Positions 25,547 through 39,921 are shown, numbered from the stretch's first letter. The stretch is 64,000 nt of DNA from Octopus vulgaris (GCA_951406725.2 OX597823.1:27776001-27840000); one strand, 5' to 3'. The notes: generated from the letters alone by a model not told the origin. Made by a program: numbers and translations.

Positions 25547-26226
25547 TAATAATACATTAGCATTGAAAAACCGAGGTCGTTGCAATTAACAAACAGTATG
25601 GTAAAAATTTCGAACTTGAGGAAAGTAGTGATGGCCTGAATATGTCGGTGACCATTTTGTCGACAGGAGAGTTTGGATGAATTCAAATGCTGTGCATCTC
25701 CCAGAGTATCTTCCACGTGCAATCATGTAAAGGGGTCCTTGCACTTCGTTTGAGAGTGATTCACCACGACACCGCCATGACTGTTGCTGCCACCACCACC
25801 ACCACCACCACTAATACTACTACTACTACTACAACGACAAAGTAACCTGTGACACCACCATCATCAACGTCACCGGTATACAAATGTCAGCTAAGTCATC
25901 ACCAAGAACAACCTCTCTAACAACAGGGCTGCTATTGTAGCCGTAGACATCCAACTTACTACCACCACGTCGTCGTCGCCATCGTGGATTAATTAGGTCA
26001 ACATATTCCTGTGTTGATGTATATATTATAAAATGTCAACTGACAATCCGTTAATCTCACTGCCCCAACTCTCTCTACCTTCTTTCTACATTCTCTCTCT
26101 TTCTCTTTCTCTCTCCCTGCTCCCTCTCACTCATCCCTCCTCACATTTGGTCCCATTTCTTCCTTTTCCTTACATACATTTGTGTATAATGTGTATAATA
26201 TATATAATATGTATTATTTTGTATTC

Positions 26227-26269
<43 letters not shown>

Positions 26270-26273
<4 letters not shown>

Positions 26274-26630
26274 CACAAGGCTTGAAATTTGGGGGAGGGG
26301 ACTAGTCGATCACATCGACCCCCTAGTGTTTCACTGGTACTTAATTTATCGACCCCAAAAAGATGAAAGGCAAAGCTGGCCTCGGCAGAATTTGAACCCA
26401 GAACGTAACGGCATACGAAATACCTATTTCTATTTCTGTACTACCCACAATGGGCTAAACACAGAGGGGACAAACAAGGACAGACAAACGGATTAAGTCG
26501 ATTACATCGACCCCAGTGCGTAACTGGTACTTAATTTATCGACCCCGAAAGGATGAAAGGCAAAGTCGACCTCGGCGGAATTTGAACTCAGAACGTAACG
26601 GCAGACGAAATACGGCGTGCTAACGATTCT
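26270..26630 (-). mobile_element. SINE family A dimer
   Basis: Two units of the family A consensus. Confidence 0.85.
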
Positions 26631-27575
26631 ATCAACAATACACATACATACAATGCTTGCGGTGTTTGTTCCAGCTCTTTACGTTCTGATTTCATACCCA
26701 GCTAAAGTTTGCTTTTCATCCCGCTGAAGCCGATAAATTACAGTAATACCTGTTATGCGCTGTGGTGTTTGTAATCGACTAAACTCTTCCCCAAATTTCA
26801 GGTCTTATGTCTACGTTAGAAAGCAACGGTGACAAAGGATCGGGAATCAAAGTGCAGTGGTTTAAAATGAAAGGAAAGCTCTAATTGTCATCGTGTGCCT
26901 ATGTGTACTTGTGGGTGATAGAGTTGTGTGTGTGAGTGCTTGGGTTTTATAACAAAGTCGATTTTGTGGGGTTTTTTTCCTTTGTCTTCTGTCTCGAAAA
27001 CTTTCAATTAAATAATTATCAAAAAAAAAAAATGTCTGTGTTTGCCCTCCCCCACCACCACCACCACCATGCTTGATAACCGGTGCTGGTGTGTTTACGT
27101 CCCCGTAATTTAGCATTTCGGCAAAAGAGACCAATAGAATACTTACTAGGCTTACAAAGAATAAGTCATGGAGGTTGATTTCTTCGACTGAAAGCGGTGC
27201 TCCAGCACGGCCGCAGTCAAGTAAAAGAATAAAGGAACAAAGAGTAAAAATAAAATTAATCTACTTCATTTTATGACTAATTTCCTAATTACTTATTATT
27301 GTCGGATTTTGCCCATTATTGACGATTACTTAATCGCTCACTTTCACACTGGTGTAGGTTGTTTCGCATTGTCCACCATATTGTATGTATAAAGTTCGAA
27401 AGAGCACTGAAACAATTATTGCTGTTATTTTGTTGGTTTCAGCTTTTTGACAGCGGCCATGCTGGAGCATCGCTTTGAATGGTATAGTCCATTGTATCAA
27501 CTTGATATTTCTTCTATCGTCTTCTAAATGATAAGTTAAGCTGGGCAGGGTATGAACTCGAAATGTTAAAGAAAC

Positions 27576-28006
27576 GGTGACGGTGTAGTATGCGATCCAC
27601 ATACATGTTTCTGGTATAGCTTATGATCTACATTAGTTCAAATGGTGTAATCTGTGATCTACACCGACTTTTTGATCTACATTTAAAATTCATCTATTTA
27701 CTCGACTTTCGGTTGGTTTTATAAACCAAAAAAATACTTTTATGATTTAAACACTTTTAGTCCTGAGCCCATTGAAAGAAGTCGTGATGAGAGCAAAAGA
27801 ATTTTACACTCAGGTTATTTGAGATGAAGATGCTGCAATAGAATTTCTCCGACGCCATGAACTCATTGATGAATATGGAGATATTGATCCATCTCTAATT
27901 GTAATTGCAAATTTATAACAAAATTTTGAATGTAGATCACGATCTAGTCTAGATTTAAGTTGCTGTAGATCACAATGGCATATAGATCACATAGTACACC
28001 GACACC
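27576..28006 (+). mobile_element. Non-autonomous DNA transposon, possibly Merlin/IS1595-like
   Basis: TIRs GGTGACGGTGTAGTATGCGATC / GATCACATAGTACACCGACACC. Internal EFYTQVI*DEDAAIEFLRRHELI resembles a Merlin transposase N-terminus. Confidence 0.5.
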
Positions 28007-28039
28007 CGTAACCGAATACTAATCGCAAAGTATTTTGTC

Positions 28040-28390
28040 CAATTTTGCTGTCCACTGGCCTTTCTTTTCAGAGAAAATCGGTGCAAGCAATGCTTTTGCT
28101 CTAGACTTCAGCAAAGACTTCGACCGTATATACCTCACCTACATATCGTGTCAAAATTTCTCGCTTACATACACTCCAAATCTCTTATCGGTAGATTTCA
28201 GTCACACGGGGTCTTTCTATTATACGTTGACGGATCTCTTGCTCGACACTTTATTAAGCTTGGTGTTCTCCCAGGTTGGGTTTTGTCCCCCCACTATCTG
28301 CTTTCTGTATATCTGTGACCTCCTTACCGCCATAGCCAACAACGTCAATTCGTATACAGCTAAAATAATCACGTGGCAAATTCTATTTGA
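28040..28390 (+). pseudogene. LINE reverse transcriptase remnant (Jockey/CR1/L2-like)
   Basis: GASNAFALDFSKDFDRI and VFSQVGFCPPTICFLYICDLL..VNSYT correspond to LDFSKAFD / GVPQGSVLSPTLFLLYINDL..YADD. Confidence 0.7.
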
Positions 28391-28499
28391 AAAGTGAGTG
28401 CAGTTCTGTGTGTGCTTCACTCACCATAATCAATTTCACGCACGAAAAATTCTTTGAAAACACACTAAGAATCCTTCACAAAGTTTTGATCAGCTGGAA

Positions 28500-28998
28500 G
28501 TATGTAATTACATTACGGAAGGGAAGCTCTAAGCAGCGATAAGTAAAACTGTAATGTAATTATCAGTCTGAATATGTTTGATGCACGTTCGAACTGGGGA
28601 ACAAGCCACTCACTGCGTTTTGTCACGGAAAATATATCTCGCTTGTTGCCAAATGGTGTGTATGCACTTAGATCAGCTCGCAGCGCCACCTACCCAGACT
28701 GTGAGATGCTAGCATTTCAGAGTAGTTATCCCCTCTTCGGTCAGAGATACTAGGCAGACGACGTTAGGAGCTGATTGAAGAGATTGGCTCTCTTGTGCTT
28801 TTCCAGTTACTATACAGTGACTGGTAGCGTTATACGGCGGCTCACCGTAAGTAAATTACGGTGGGGAAGCGCTAAGCATTTGTCTACAAGCGAGATCTAT
28901 TCTCTGTGACAAAACGCAGTGAGTATCTTGTCCCCCCAGTTCGAACGTGCATCGAGCATATTCGGACTGATAACATTACAATTACGTTAATTACAAAC
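28500..28998. mobile_element. MITE with ~100-bp TIRs
   Basis: TTATCAGTCTGAATATGTTTGATGCACGTTCGAACTGGGG..CTCGCTTGT versus ACAAGCGAG..CCCCAGTTCGAACGTGCATCGAGCATATTCGGACTGATAA. Confidence 0.75.
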
Positions 28999-29024
28999 CT
29001 GCATGGGCTATTGGTCTCTCATTT

Positions 29025-29456
29025 GGATCTTTTCGGTTTGAACGGCAGTTTTTTCTAGCGGTGTCATATGAAATTGTCACCCATAATTATAACCCTAGTA
29101 TCGATCTATTGTATTCCAATCTGTTTTAGGGTTGGGGTTAGTTAGGGTCAGGGGTGGGGGAAAGGGTATTTGTTTTTTCTTCACAAATGTAAATAAACCC
29201 AATCTGTTTCTTAAACGAGGGACATATTCATACGGCACAGAATTTTTTTCTTTACCTCAATAGACGTCAGTGATTGGTTGAAATTGCAGAAATTGAAGAA
29301 AAAAAAACAACAAATATCTTACAAACTATAGAATTTTCTCAATAAAGCCAAGAGAAAAATATGTTTTATAAACACATTCTACCAGTAAACGAAGTTTTAA
29401 ATTTTTTAGTTACCTAGACATTATATTAAAAACTGCCGTTCAAACCGAAAAGATCC
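29025..29456 (+). mobile_element. MITE with GG..CC termini and 8-bp TSD (Merlin-like)
   Basis: TIR GGATCTTTTCGGTTTGAACGGCAGTTTT, TSD TCTCATTT. Confidence 0.8.
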
Positions 29457-29759
29457 TCTCATTTTCTTTTACATTGACTCTGTACTCCTTTGCAGGGGTA
29501 GCAGTGCTCATTTGTTAATCTGAACACATCTAGAAAAGGTGGTTTTAACAAAGCTTGCCTGATTCTGGAACCGACCTGCAGTCCCACGACTGGCAGTTGT
29601 CCTCTGTATGCGATCGACATTTGCATTCAAGAAATTTACAACTTTCCAAGAAGTGGTAATTTCCATCGCGTGCGCGTACGTGTAACGCGCGCGCACACAT
29701 ACCATTATTCATCGTAGATATACATAAATATGTCTGTCCATGCGGATAATTATATATTG

Positions 29760-29987
29760 ATGCGAGCTGGCAGAAACGTTAGCACGCCGGGCGAAATGCG
29801 TAGCCGTATTTCGTCTGCCGTTACGTTCTGAGTTCAAATTCCTCCGAGGTCGACTTTGCCTTTCATTCTTTCGGTGTCGATGAATTAAGTACCAGTTACG
29901 CACTGGGTTCGATGTAATCGATTTAATCCGTTTGTCTGTCCTTGTTCGTCCCCTCTGTGTTTAGCCCCTTGTGGGTAGTAAAGAAAT
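29760..29987 (+). mobile_element. SINE family A monomer
   Basis: Ends GTAGTAAAGAAATA. Confidence 0.85.
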
Positions 29988-30981
29988 ATATATATTGATG
30001 CGTGTGTGTGTGGGTGTGTCTGTGTGTGTGTACATATAATTTTCACACACACACACACACACACATGCATTGTTGAGTGTTTTATTGTATTATCTCACCG
30101 CTACACGTGACAGACGACGGCATTTGAAGGTGGAGACAGAAATACGCATGAATTAATTAACTAAAAATAAATAATATAGTAATATAAAATATAATAGATT
30201 CGGCAAATGATAAAAGATCTTAATCGAAATCTTGTGAGAGAAAATATAAAATTAAGTGTTGATGTCCTCAATAAACGCTGTTTTTAACACCCCTCACTTA
30301 CGATGCGCCTCGAATTTTTTAACCCAAGGAATCCAGCGATTAAAATCTCGAAATTCCTTTACGCTTCAGCTATAAATTCATTTGCACCTTTTAATACAAA
30401 CGCCTGTGTGTGTGTTTGTGTGTTACATATACACGCAAGATAAATAGATGCTTAAAATTCATAGCTATCTCTCTCTCTCTCTCTTTCTCTCTCTCCCTCT
30501 CTTTCTCTCACTCTCCCTCTCTCTCTGTCACACACACACACACACACATACACACACATGCACAGAAGATTTGAAAATTCAACTATTTCTGCCGATATCG
30601 TTCCAAGTTTCTTGCAAATGTCTCATTATATAAGTTTTCTTCCAGAACTTCCTGAAGAGTACACGGGACATTTTCTGTAAGAAGTAGGCTAAGCTGTTTC
30701 CCTGATTGTTCTTCAGTGTTCCATTTGGCATCAGTTTGTGACATTAACAAATATTCTTCTGAAAGTTCATCTCTAAGAAATTAAACGAAAAGGAGGCCAC
30801 GGGATGTGTTACCCTAATTTTGAAACCTGTATTTGAAAGAAAATTCGTTGTTTATGACATACGTTTTAAAAGACTGTTTAAGAACACATTGTTATTCTTA
30901 TGCTTTGGTACACATATATTCTAATACGTCTGCGGCTTATTTCCGAAGTATTTCGGCCAATACTCTAGCACATTGTTATAT

Positions 30982-31060
30982 GCTCTGATGAAGCTATAAA
31001 GTATTGCACAGGCACTCAACTGTGTGTGCAATGTTCCTTATAGCCGAAACAGCCATTAGC
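30982..31060 (+). ncRNA. Degenerate type I hammerhead motif with long stem II
   Basis: gct-CTGATGA-a-gctataa..attgcaca..tgtgcaat..ttatagc-c-GAAA-cagcca-TT-agc. Confidence 0.55.
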
Positions 31061-31102
31061 TAATGAAAGTGATCATGTAACTCCTGCCCTTTTATCATCC
31101 AT

Positions 31103-31581
31103 TTATTCTTTTCTAAGCACAAGGCCCGAAATTTTTGGAGAGCTGGCCAGTCGATTAGATCGATCCCAGTGCGCAACTGATACTTAATTTATCGACTCCG
31201 AAAGGATGAAAGGCAAACTCGAGTTCGGTGGAATTTGAACTCAGAACGTAAAGACAGACGAAATACCACTAAGCATTTCACCCGGCGTCGGTTTCTGTGC
31301 CTGAGGATACAGATGTAATTGTGTTTGTGTACATTTACACCTCTGTTGTGTGTATTATGTATGTCTTTCTGTGTGTGCGTATATTTTCCTGTATATTTTT
31401 CTTTATATCAATAATGGCTATTTTAGGGGAAGAGGTTAGTCGATTACATCGACCCAATACGTAACTGGTACTTATAGCACCGACCCCCGAAAGGATTAAA
31501 AGACAAAGTCGACTTAGGCGGAATTTGAACTCAGAACGAAATACTGCTAAGCATTTCGCCCGGCGCGCTAACGATTCTGCC
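31103..31581 (-). mobile_element. Two SINE family A copies
   Basis: 31103-31288 and 31420-31581 match the consensus. Confidence 0.75.
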
Positions 31582-31906
31582 ACATACACACACACACACA
31601 CACATATATGATGGGCTTCCCGTCTACCAAATCCACTCACAAGGCTTTGGTTGTTGGCCCGAGGCTATAGTAGAAGACACTTGCCCAAGGTACCACGCAG
31701 TGAGACTGAACCCGGTAAGCAAGCTACTTACCACACACACAGTCACGTCTGCGCCTCAACAAAACCACTAATAATAATGAATTTATGCATATATATACAT
31801 GTATGCGTGTGTGATAGTTCTCAGAAAAAAATATCTTAATGATTTAGATGTCTTATATATTATCTCAATCAAAGGTTTTCCTTTTTTTATACCACTGTTT
31901 GTATAA

Positions 31907-31937
<31 letters not shown>

Positions 31938-32629
31938 CTCTGAAAATACATCCTCCCACATCTACTGTGTATTCACATACGAAAGGTCATGAAAAAGTGG
32001 ACTAATTGATTTTGATGTATCTAAAATGACTCACATACTCTCACATCCATGCGATCAATTGTAATGTTCGTAAATCTACACTTATCCGCATAAATGTGCC
32101 ACACACGCATCTAAACACGTCACTGACTCGAGCGCGCTCACACATGCAAAGACACACACGTACACACATATATACATATACTCATTCTTGTTTAAACTTG
32201 TATGTCTAGGGGCGACTGGAAAGAAAGAAGTGGGTGACTGTCTGTTAGAAGCCTATGAAGCCAAGTCACGTGTTGCACAAGCTAAATAAAGAAAACAACG
32301 CAACAAAAAAATGAAAATTCCTTCCAGAATATTCTTCAAATCTTCGTCCATTTCGGCTCATTATTTACTATAACCAGGACCGGATCCAATGAAGGTGGTA
32401 GTGGTGGTGGTGGCGGGGTGGGGGTGATGGGGATGAGGGGTACGTGCCCCACTGAAGAAAAGAAGCGCGCCTTTCTAAATAACATTATTACGCCATTTTC
32501 TCTTAGAATTCTATTCCCTTCTGACCTTGTGTCCTCCCTTCGAAAAATTCCTGGGACCGCGCCTGATAACCCTTACCACACACACACACACACACACATT
32601 TTGTTCATGCGCAAAGAAAGCAATTAATT

Positions 32630-32845
32630 ATTGGTGAGCTGGTTGAATGGTTAGTACGCCGGACAAAATGCTTAGCGGCATTTCGTCCGTGTTTACGTTG
32701 GAATTCAAATTCCGCCGAGGTCGACTTGGGCCTTTCACCCTTTCGGAGGTCGATAAATTAAGTACCTGTTGAGCACTGAGGTCAGTGTAATCGACTTACC
32801 CCCTTCCCCGTAATTGCTGGCGTTGTGCCATAATTCGAAACCAAT
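32630..32845 (+). mobile_element. SINE family A (older)
   Basis: Diverged consensus match. Confidence 0.75.
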
Positions 32846-33359
32846 ATTTCTTGAAGATTTCTTTGATACCACTTTCGCGTGCGGTCTACTTGGCCATTTA
32901 CGCTTTATTTTATTCTTTTATTTGTTTCAGTCATTTGACTGCGGCCATGCTGGAGCACCGCCTTTAGTCGAACAAATCGACCCCAAGGCTTATTCTTTGT
33001 AAGCCTAGTACTTATTTCTGCTAAATTTTAATAAAAATATGCATATACTCATATTTTAAGTTCTATTTCGATCACCACACGCACACACGCACACGCACAC
33101 AAACACATACATACATACATAGTGTGTGTCTTTGTGTCTGTCCACCTCATCACCGGTGTCGGTATGTAAGTTCCGTAACTTAGCAGTTGGGCAAAAGAGA
33201 CTAATAAAAGAAGTAGCAGTATTTTTAAAAAATAAGCATTAGGTCGATTCTTCAAGACGGTGCCCCAGCATGGCCGCAGTCAAAACACTGAAACAAGTAA
33301 AGGATGACAACCAGTAGGTGTTATAAAGTTGGAAGAACGATTGTTAGCCACAGTGTAAT

Positions 33360-33755
33360 TTATTCTTTTCTAGTCCCAGCACAAGGCCCGAAACTTTTGG
33401 GGAGGGGGCCAGTCAATTAGATCGACCTCAGTACACAACTGGTACTTAATTCATCGACCCGAAAGGATGAAAGGCAAAGTCGACCTCGGCGGAATTTGAA
33501 CTCAGAACGTAACGGCAGACAAAATACCTATTTCTTTACTACCCACAAGGGGCTAAACGGAGAGGACAAACAAGGACAGACAAACGGTTTAAGTCGATTA
33601 CATCAACCCTAGTGTGTAACTGGTACTTAATTTATCGACCCCGAAAGGATGAAAGGCAAAATCGACCTCGGCGGAATTTGAACTCAGAACGTAACGGCAG
33701 ACGAAATACGGCTACGCATTTCGCCCGGCGTGCGAACCTTTTCTGCCAGCTCGTC
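33360..33755 (-). mobile_element. SINE family A dimer
   Basis: Two units of the family A consensus. Confidence 0.85.
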
Positions 33756-36659
33756 ACGGTCACAGTTTAAAAAACTTTTGATCAAGCAAACTCATAATCT
33801 AAAACATTCCAGCCGTGGCTATCCCGTCTATATTTAAAGAGTATTTTAGACTGCGTTATCCAATGCGTCCTTTCTTTTCACCAAACGTTAGAATGTATTA
33901 TGAGGGCCATTTAGCTGCGATGATTTAACACTACCGCATGAAACTGCGGTACCTATAGCGGGGTTCATTCTGTTACCAGAATCCCATACAAATCCCTTAG
34001 GATTACTTCCTTTCTCCCTTCCACGAGTCATGTGGGTGGTGGTGGTTACGAAAAGATTATATTCTTCGAATTAGCCTAAAAGAAAAAAGGGAATGGACCT
34101 CGTAGAAGCCTTTTTATCGGTGGTTACCTATCTTTTATTGGTGGTGACCCTAAAACAAATTTTCTCTAACATTGTTTCATTTGCTTCCTTTATCATACAT
34201 CTTAAACTTCAAAGTCCCTGTCTCCTTTATTCCCGTTTTTTTTTTGCCAAAAAGGACGAAAAAAAAGGAAATATTTTATGCCACTTAATTGAATTGAATG
34301 TTGTTTAAAGTTAATGTTCAAGTTAATGTATGGTTATACCGGAAACACACATACATACACATTAATGTGTGTGTATGTATGTATGTATACGTATCAATGG
34401 GTATATATTCTTGTATGCATATATGTATGTTAGTATATATACGTTTGTATGCTGTTATTTAATCCTGAATTTACTCCGGTCTTAACCCATCAAACACGCG
34501 TTGCCTTCTTTCATTCATCTTTGAACAGATCCAAAAGAATTCCTCACAGTTCAAAGGAATTCATTTGCTATATCTTATGTGCTCCAATATTCCAATGTTT
34601 GTACCTAAAGTATTTTTTTTTTTGTATTTTTACCGATATCTCGTTTCTTGTCCCCCCCCCCCCCACGTCGTGTGTGATATTTGCTTCTCCCCGATATTCT
34701 TAGATAATCCCTTGACACTTTCATCAGCATGACAAATGTAAGTTGGCAACCGGTAATCAACGACGCCATTGTTGAAAAAAATGTGGCAATATAGTATTAC
34801 CAAATGAAACGTTTTAGAAATAGCAGTAAAATCTCTCTTAAATTGCATCCAACTGTTGTAGAAAAAGAGTACAGAGGGAATATGCTCCTATGTGTATTGT
34901 GCAAAGGGAAACGATAAGATAGTCACGGTTGGAAAGTCTTTGATCGTAGGTTACCTTGATCAGGTTTGACCTGGGGTTGAACGAGAACAGCGTGCCAAGA
35001 ATCAACACTTTTTGATGGCAATACGCACTAGAAAGAATCTAGTCTGTCTGTCTGTTTGCCTCTGTGTCTGTCCATCTCCCTCTCTCCCTCACGCATGCAC
35101 ACTCACACACACACACACACACACACAAAATGTACCTCGACTCCCACATATACACTACCATAACCTAGAGAATAAAACCACAGGACGTTTACATAAGCAG
35201 TTAGAAACACATTAAATGTAGGACAGCAAAATATACATGGGAGTGTAGAGAGGGCAGTTGCAGGGGCAACAACTGAAGCAAAGGAAACGATTGAAGTAGA
35301 GGCAGCACTTTTCCCAGCATGAGTAGATGATGAGGAACGACGAATAGAAAATAATAAAAAGTATGGGATCTTTTAAAATTATCCCCGAGCAGCTGTTAAT
35401 ACAATATAATCTACCTACCCTGTAGAGAATTGTTATGATGTCATAAATAAATAAATAAATATGGTTTGGGATTTTAAGGAGAAATTAACATGCTGGGTGG
35501 ATAACAGTCTAATCTCTTCAGTTAAGAGAGATTAGAAAATGAATTTGGAGGAAACCAGGCAAGGCGGCGATGAATGAAAGACTCAGCGTTGGAGTCAGAA
35601 TTCTGAGTTTCAAGATTGGTAAAATCGTATGGAGAATAGGAATCGATTTAGTAGGGAGGGTAGTGGGACAGTCCCTCGCATGATTGGTGACCCATCATAA
35701 TGTCAAGGACAAATGTTAGTTTCTTTTTTTTTTTTTTTTTTTTTTTGAAGTTTTTCAAAAAGAGTAAAAGTTGTAAGTCTACGTGTTGGAAAAGCTATCA
35801 CTACTACGCGGGTAAATAAAAGGGCAAAAACCTGGATGTCCCACTTCTTCGAGTTTTAGTATCTCTGGGTTTCATACAACGGGTATTACGACTCTCAACG
35901 ATTTTTTCCCCCCAACAATTTCATGTTTTTTCTTATATTTCCTCCTTCCTTTCTCATGAATTAGGTAGCGATAGCTATTTCGAAACTCAGTGAATGCATT
36001 TCGTTCGTCGCTACGTTTTGAGTTCAAATCCCGCCGAGGTCGACTTTATCTTTCATCCTTTCGGGGTCGGTAAAATAAGTACCAATTGAGTACTGGAATC
36101 GGTGTAATCGACTAGACCCCTTCCCCAAAATATCAGGCTTTATGCTTGTAGTAGCAAGGTTCTTTTTATTATTCTCTCTTGCCTCTTCTACTAAAATGGT
36201 TTGTGATCGTCTGAAGTAGAAAGCTGTGTATCTACCTCCTCTCAAATCCATTTGACATCTGAACTGTATCTCTAGCTTCCCCAGCCTTAAATTCAACTTT
36301 TCCTTCCCAATTTCCCTCTTAAATTTTCTTCCTGTCCATCAACCTACAATAACTTCAGCTGAACATGAACTCCATCGATCCCTTACCTGTGTGGGAGGGA
36401 GTGCAAAAACCTCGGCCAGTGATTAAACATTACAACATAACAATTCTATTCTTGGGCAGTGGAGGACATGAAAAAAGAAAGTTGTGAGTGTGAGCTATCA
36501 TCTGTTCAATCGGTTGTAATTTCATTGGAGAAAACAGTAAAATATATGTAAGAATTATACTTACCATCTCGGTATATAACTGTCATTTATTTTTATGGAC
36601 AGATGATGATCGAAAAGTAAAGATGTTCTTATCTGATTTGAACACAAATTCTGCCTTTT

Positions 36660-37058
36660 CTTTTATTCTTATACTTGTTTCAGTTATTAGACTGCGGCCA
36701 TGATGGAGCACCGCTACGACGGTTTTAGTCAAACAAATCGATCACCCTGCTCACATTTTTTAAGGTCTATTACTTATTCTGTCAGTCACTTTGCGGAACC
36801 TATGTTATGGGGGAGACGTAAAGAAACCAAACCGTTTGCCAAACGGTGTGGGGATTAACGCAAAGACAGACAGATAAAAGCACATAGTCGCAACGGGTTT
36901 CCACAAAGTTTCCATTTATCAAATTTACTCTCAAGGCACAGATCCGCCTGGGGTTATAGTAATATACAGCTGCCTAAGGTGTCGTGCAGTTGGACTGAAC
37001 CCGCAATCATGTGGTTGCGAAGCGAACTTCTTAACCACGCAGCCATGCTTACACCTAT
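36660..37058 (-). mobile_element. SINE family B (diverged)
   Basis: Diverged full-length match. Confidence 0.7.
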
Positions 37059-37374
37059 AGATTATGCGGCAGGGGGGGAAAAAACAACAACCTAAGTATT
37101 GTTAATAAGTTTTACAGAGGAGGGACAGAGCCCATTATCTCTATAAGTCACTCGAGATTGGTGAGATAAGTGTTGATGACTCTCTGCTTTGTTATGTTCA
37201 TCTGCAGATGCTTAACAAGAATTAGGAGTGTGGATTTGGCTCAAATGCTTGCTACAGAATGAATTATTCTCAAGATGTTTAGACAAAGACTATACGGTGG
37301 TGGCGATGTGTTAGGCGCAACATCTAAAATTCGCTCAGAAAGAGAAACTGTGTTTGTGTGTAAATAAGTCTGCA

Positions 37375-37581
37375 CAGTAATCTCTCGACTATCGCGGGTG
37401 TTACGTTCCAGAACCTCCCACAGAAATAATTAAGATCTAAAAAAAATATAAATACCTATCAGCCGCAAAAACCCGCGATATCCTGACGAGTCCGCAATAT
37501 TATAAATTATATATTAGCCAGGAAAATCCGCGATGTACTGAGAGCGCGATAAATGAACTGCGATATGGCGAGAGATTACTG
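37375..37581. mobile_element. Tc1/pogo-type MITE (same family as 1527-1750)
   Basis: CAGTAATCTCTCGACTATCGCG ... CGATATGGCGAGAGATTACTG-TA. Confidence 0.75.
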
Positions 37582-38394
37582 TATATGTGCGTGTGTGATT
37601 GTGAGATAAATAAAGGTTGGGTGAACGTGTGAGGGTAGGATGATCAAGTTTTAAGTAGGCACTCATAAAATACATGTTATCAGATAAGCGAAATTAATAT
37701 GTACGTTGGCAAGTCGGACATTTTTAGATACGTCTTTAAGTATATCAATAGTATAACAGTGGTGCGTAGACTAGAAGCTGTGTGAATTTTGCTTCTCAGT
37801 CAATGAAGGTCTCTTTCTTTCTATTACTGAATACGTTAAAGAGAGACCTGAGTGCTACACTATATTCTACTCTCCCTTTCACTCTGATTTTTCTACCTCG
37901 TCAATATGAGACAATAAAACCATCCCAGGGTACTTTTTTGGCGCAAACCTACAGTGACACCTGGTTGATGAATAACAATCGTTTCTGAAATAGGAATTTT
38001 CGTGGAAGGAACGATCGATTGCATCGACCTCCAGCACTTGAGTGACGATTCATTTTGTGGACATCGGAAAGATAAATGACGAAGTTGACTGCGACTGGAT
38101 TTGAACTTAGAAGAAAAGTGACTCGTGACTGTTTATTGTAAGGTATTTTGTCCGATGCTCTAACAGTTCTGCCAATCCGTCACAGCCATTGAACGTCGCA
38201 AAGCAATTTTTCCGATGTTGTCACGATTCTTCTAATTCACCACCCTCAACAATACTATTTCCTGTATTTTTCACCGAAGCATCAGATGAGGGGGTATTAT
38301 AAAGATAGTTTACAATTTGTGAGGGTGTTACATAAAAAGAAGGGAAGAAAGGGTGAGGAGGGTGAGATGACTTAAAAAATATGCACTGTAGATG

Positions 38395-38990
38395 GTGGCA
38401 CCTTGGGCCAGTGTCTTCTGCAATAGCCTCAGACCGACCAGAAACTGAAAGAAGCCTGTCGTGTATATATATGTTTTATTTGTTTCAGTCATTTGACTGC
38501 GACCATGCTGGAGCACCACCTTTTGCCGAACAGCTAAGTTTCGGGGACGTGAACACAACAACATCGTTTGTCAAGCGATGGTTGGGGGACAAACACAGAC
38601 ACACACATGCACATATATACGACGAGCTTCTTTAAGTTTCCGTCTATCAAATCCACTCACAAGGCTTTGGTCGGCCCGAGGCAATAGTAGAAGACACTTA
38701 CCCAAAGTGCCACGCAGTGGGACTGAACCCGGAACCATATGGTTGGTAAGCTACTTACCACACAGCCACTCCTGCGCCTATATATATATATGTGTGTGTC
38801 TGTGTGTGTATGTGTTTGTCCCCTACCACGTTTGACAACTGATATGGATTTGTTTACGTGCCTGTAGCTAGCGGTTCGGTAAAAGAAACCGATAGAATAA
38901 GTATCAGGCTTACAAAGGATAAGTCCTGGGGTCGATTTCTTCAACTAAAAAAAAAAAAAATGACTGAAACGAGTAAAAAAAATAAAAGAA
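38395..38990. mobile_element. SINE family B (-) nested inside SINE family B (+)
   Basis: Plus copy at 38395-38470 and 38790-38990; minus copy at 38473-38780 inserted in its TA tract. Confidence 0.75.
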
Positions 38991-39465
38991 GATGGATGAT
39001 GTAGTTCTGATACAGAAAAGCTTCTAACAGACCCCAAATCATCCTAATCGCGAAGGGCACAATCCGTCGCTCATTTTTCAATCTACCAGCCTTTGCTTAA
39101 ACTCTTTCAATTCACCTTAATCGTTTTTGACAAATTCACTGAGAGAAAACATCTTTGTCTCCACCATCATTTCCCTTTCAAAGTGGAAGTTGAAAAAGTT
39201 GATGAGGCCTTGGCCGAAGAGAGGAGTGTTTGTCCGCAAATCTTTCAATTTCGTCCGCCCTCGTCAATAGTATTTCTACTACTACTAATAATAATATTAA
39301 TATTACAAACGTTGAATATAAAATGGTGATATCACGTTTTATTTTCAGCATCTCTTAGTATATTATGACTTAAGAGTTGTTTAGAGAATTAATTAAACAG
39401 ATGTTGCTATCTGATGCTCATTTAAATATTGGCTTTACTGTTTTTTAAAATGTGCGCGAGCATGC

Positions 39466-39513
<48 letters not shown>

Positions 39514-39921
39514 CTGTCAAGTTATTTTTTTATGAGGTGAAGTAGAAATTTTGGGCGTTCATTTTTTTTATGAGCTTTGTGATGAGAAAAGAAAAGGTTC
39601 TCTTAGAGATAAAAATCGAAAGTATGCAAGTATCTCGCTAATTCAACCCGTCTGGAATATTTTGGTTTGCATCAATGAGTTTACTGAAATATGCCTCTAT
39701 TGTTCTTTGTTGAGGTAGAAGAGTCATGTCGTGTGGCAAGAAGAGGTGTGATATGTACTGTTGGTACATTCATGCTTCTACTTAAAGCATTTTGCGTTGT
39801 ACAAAGAAAGGCTTTTATCGACCGAGAAACAAAGTTGGTTCCCGGGTTTTCGCTCTATAAGCATCTTGTCTACTTAGGATCCATTATTACTCTGACTGCG
39901 TTGCATGCCATTTCTCTACAC

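Noticed and set aside
29125-29160. Telomere-like TTAGGG variants (also 60345-60362)
   Set aside because: Internal to a MITE, with only 2-3 degenerate units
37482-37530. CTGACGAGTCC hammerhead-like start
   Set aside because: No GGAC-GAAA partner; it lies within a pogo-type MITE
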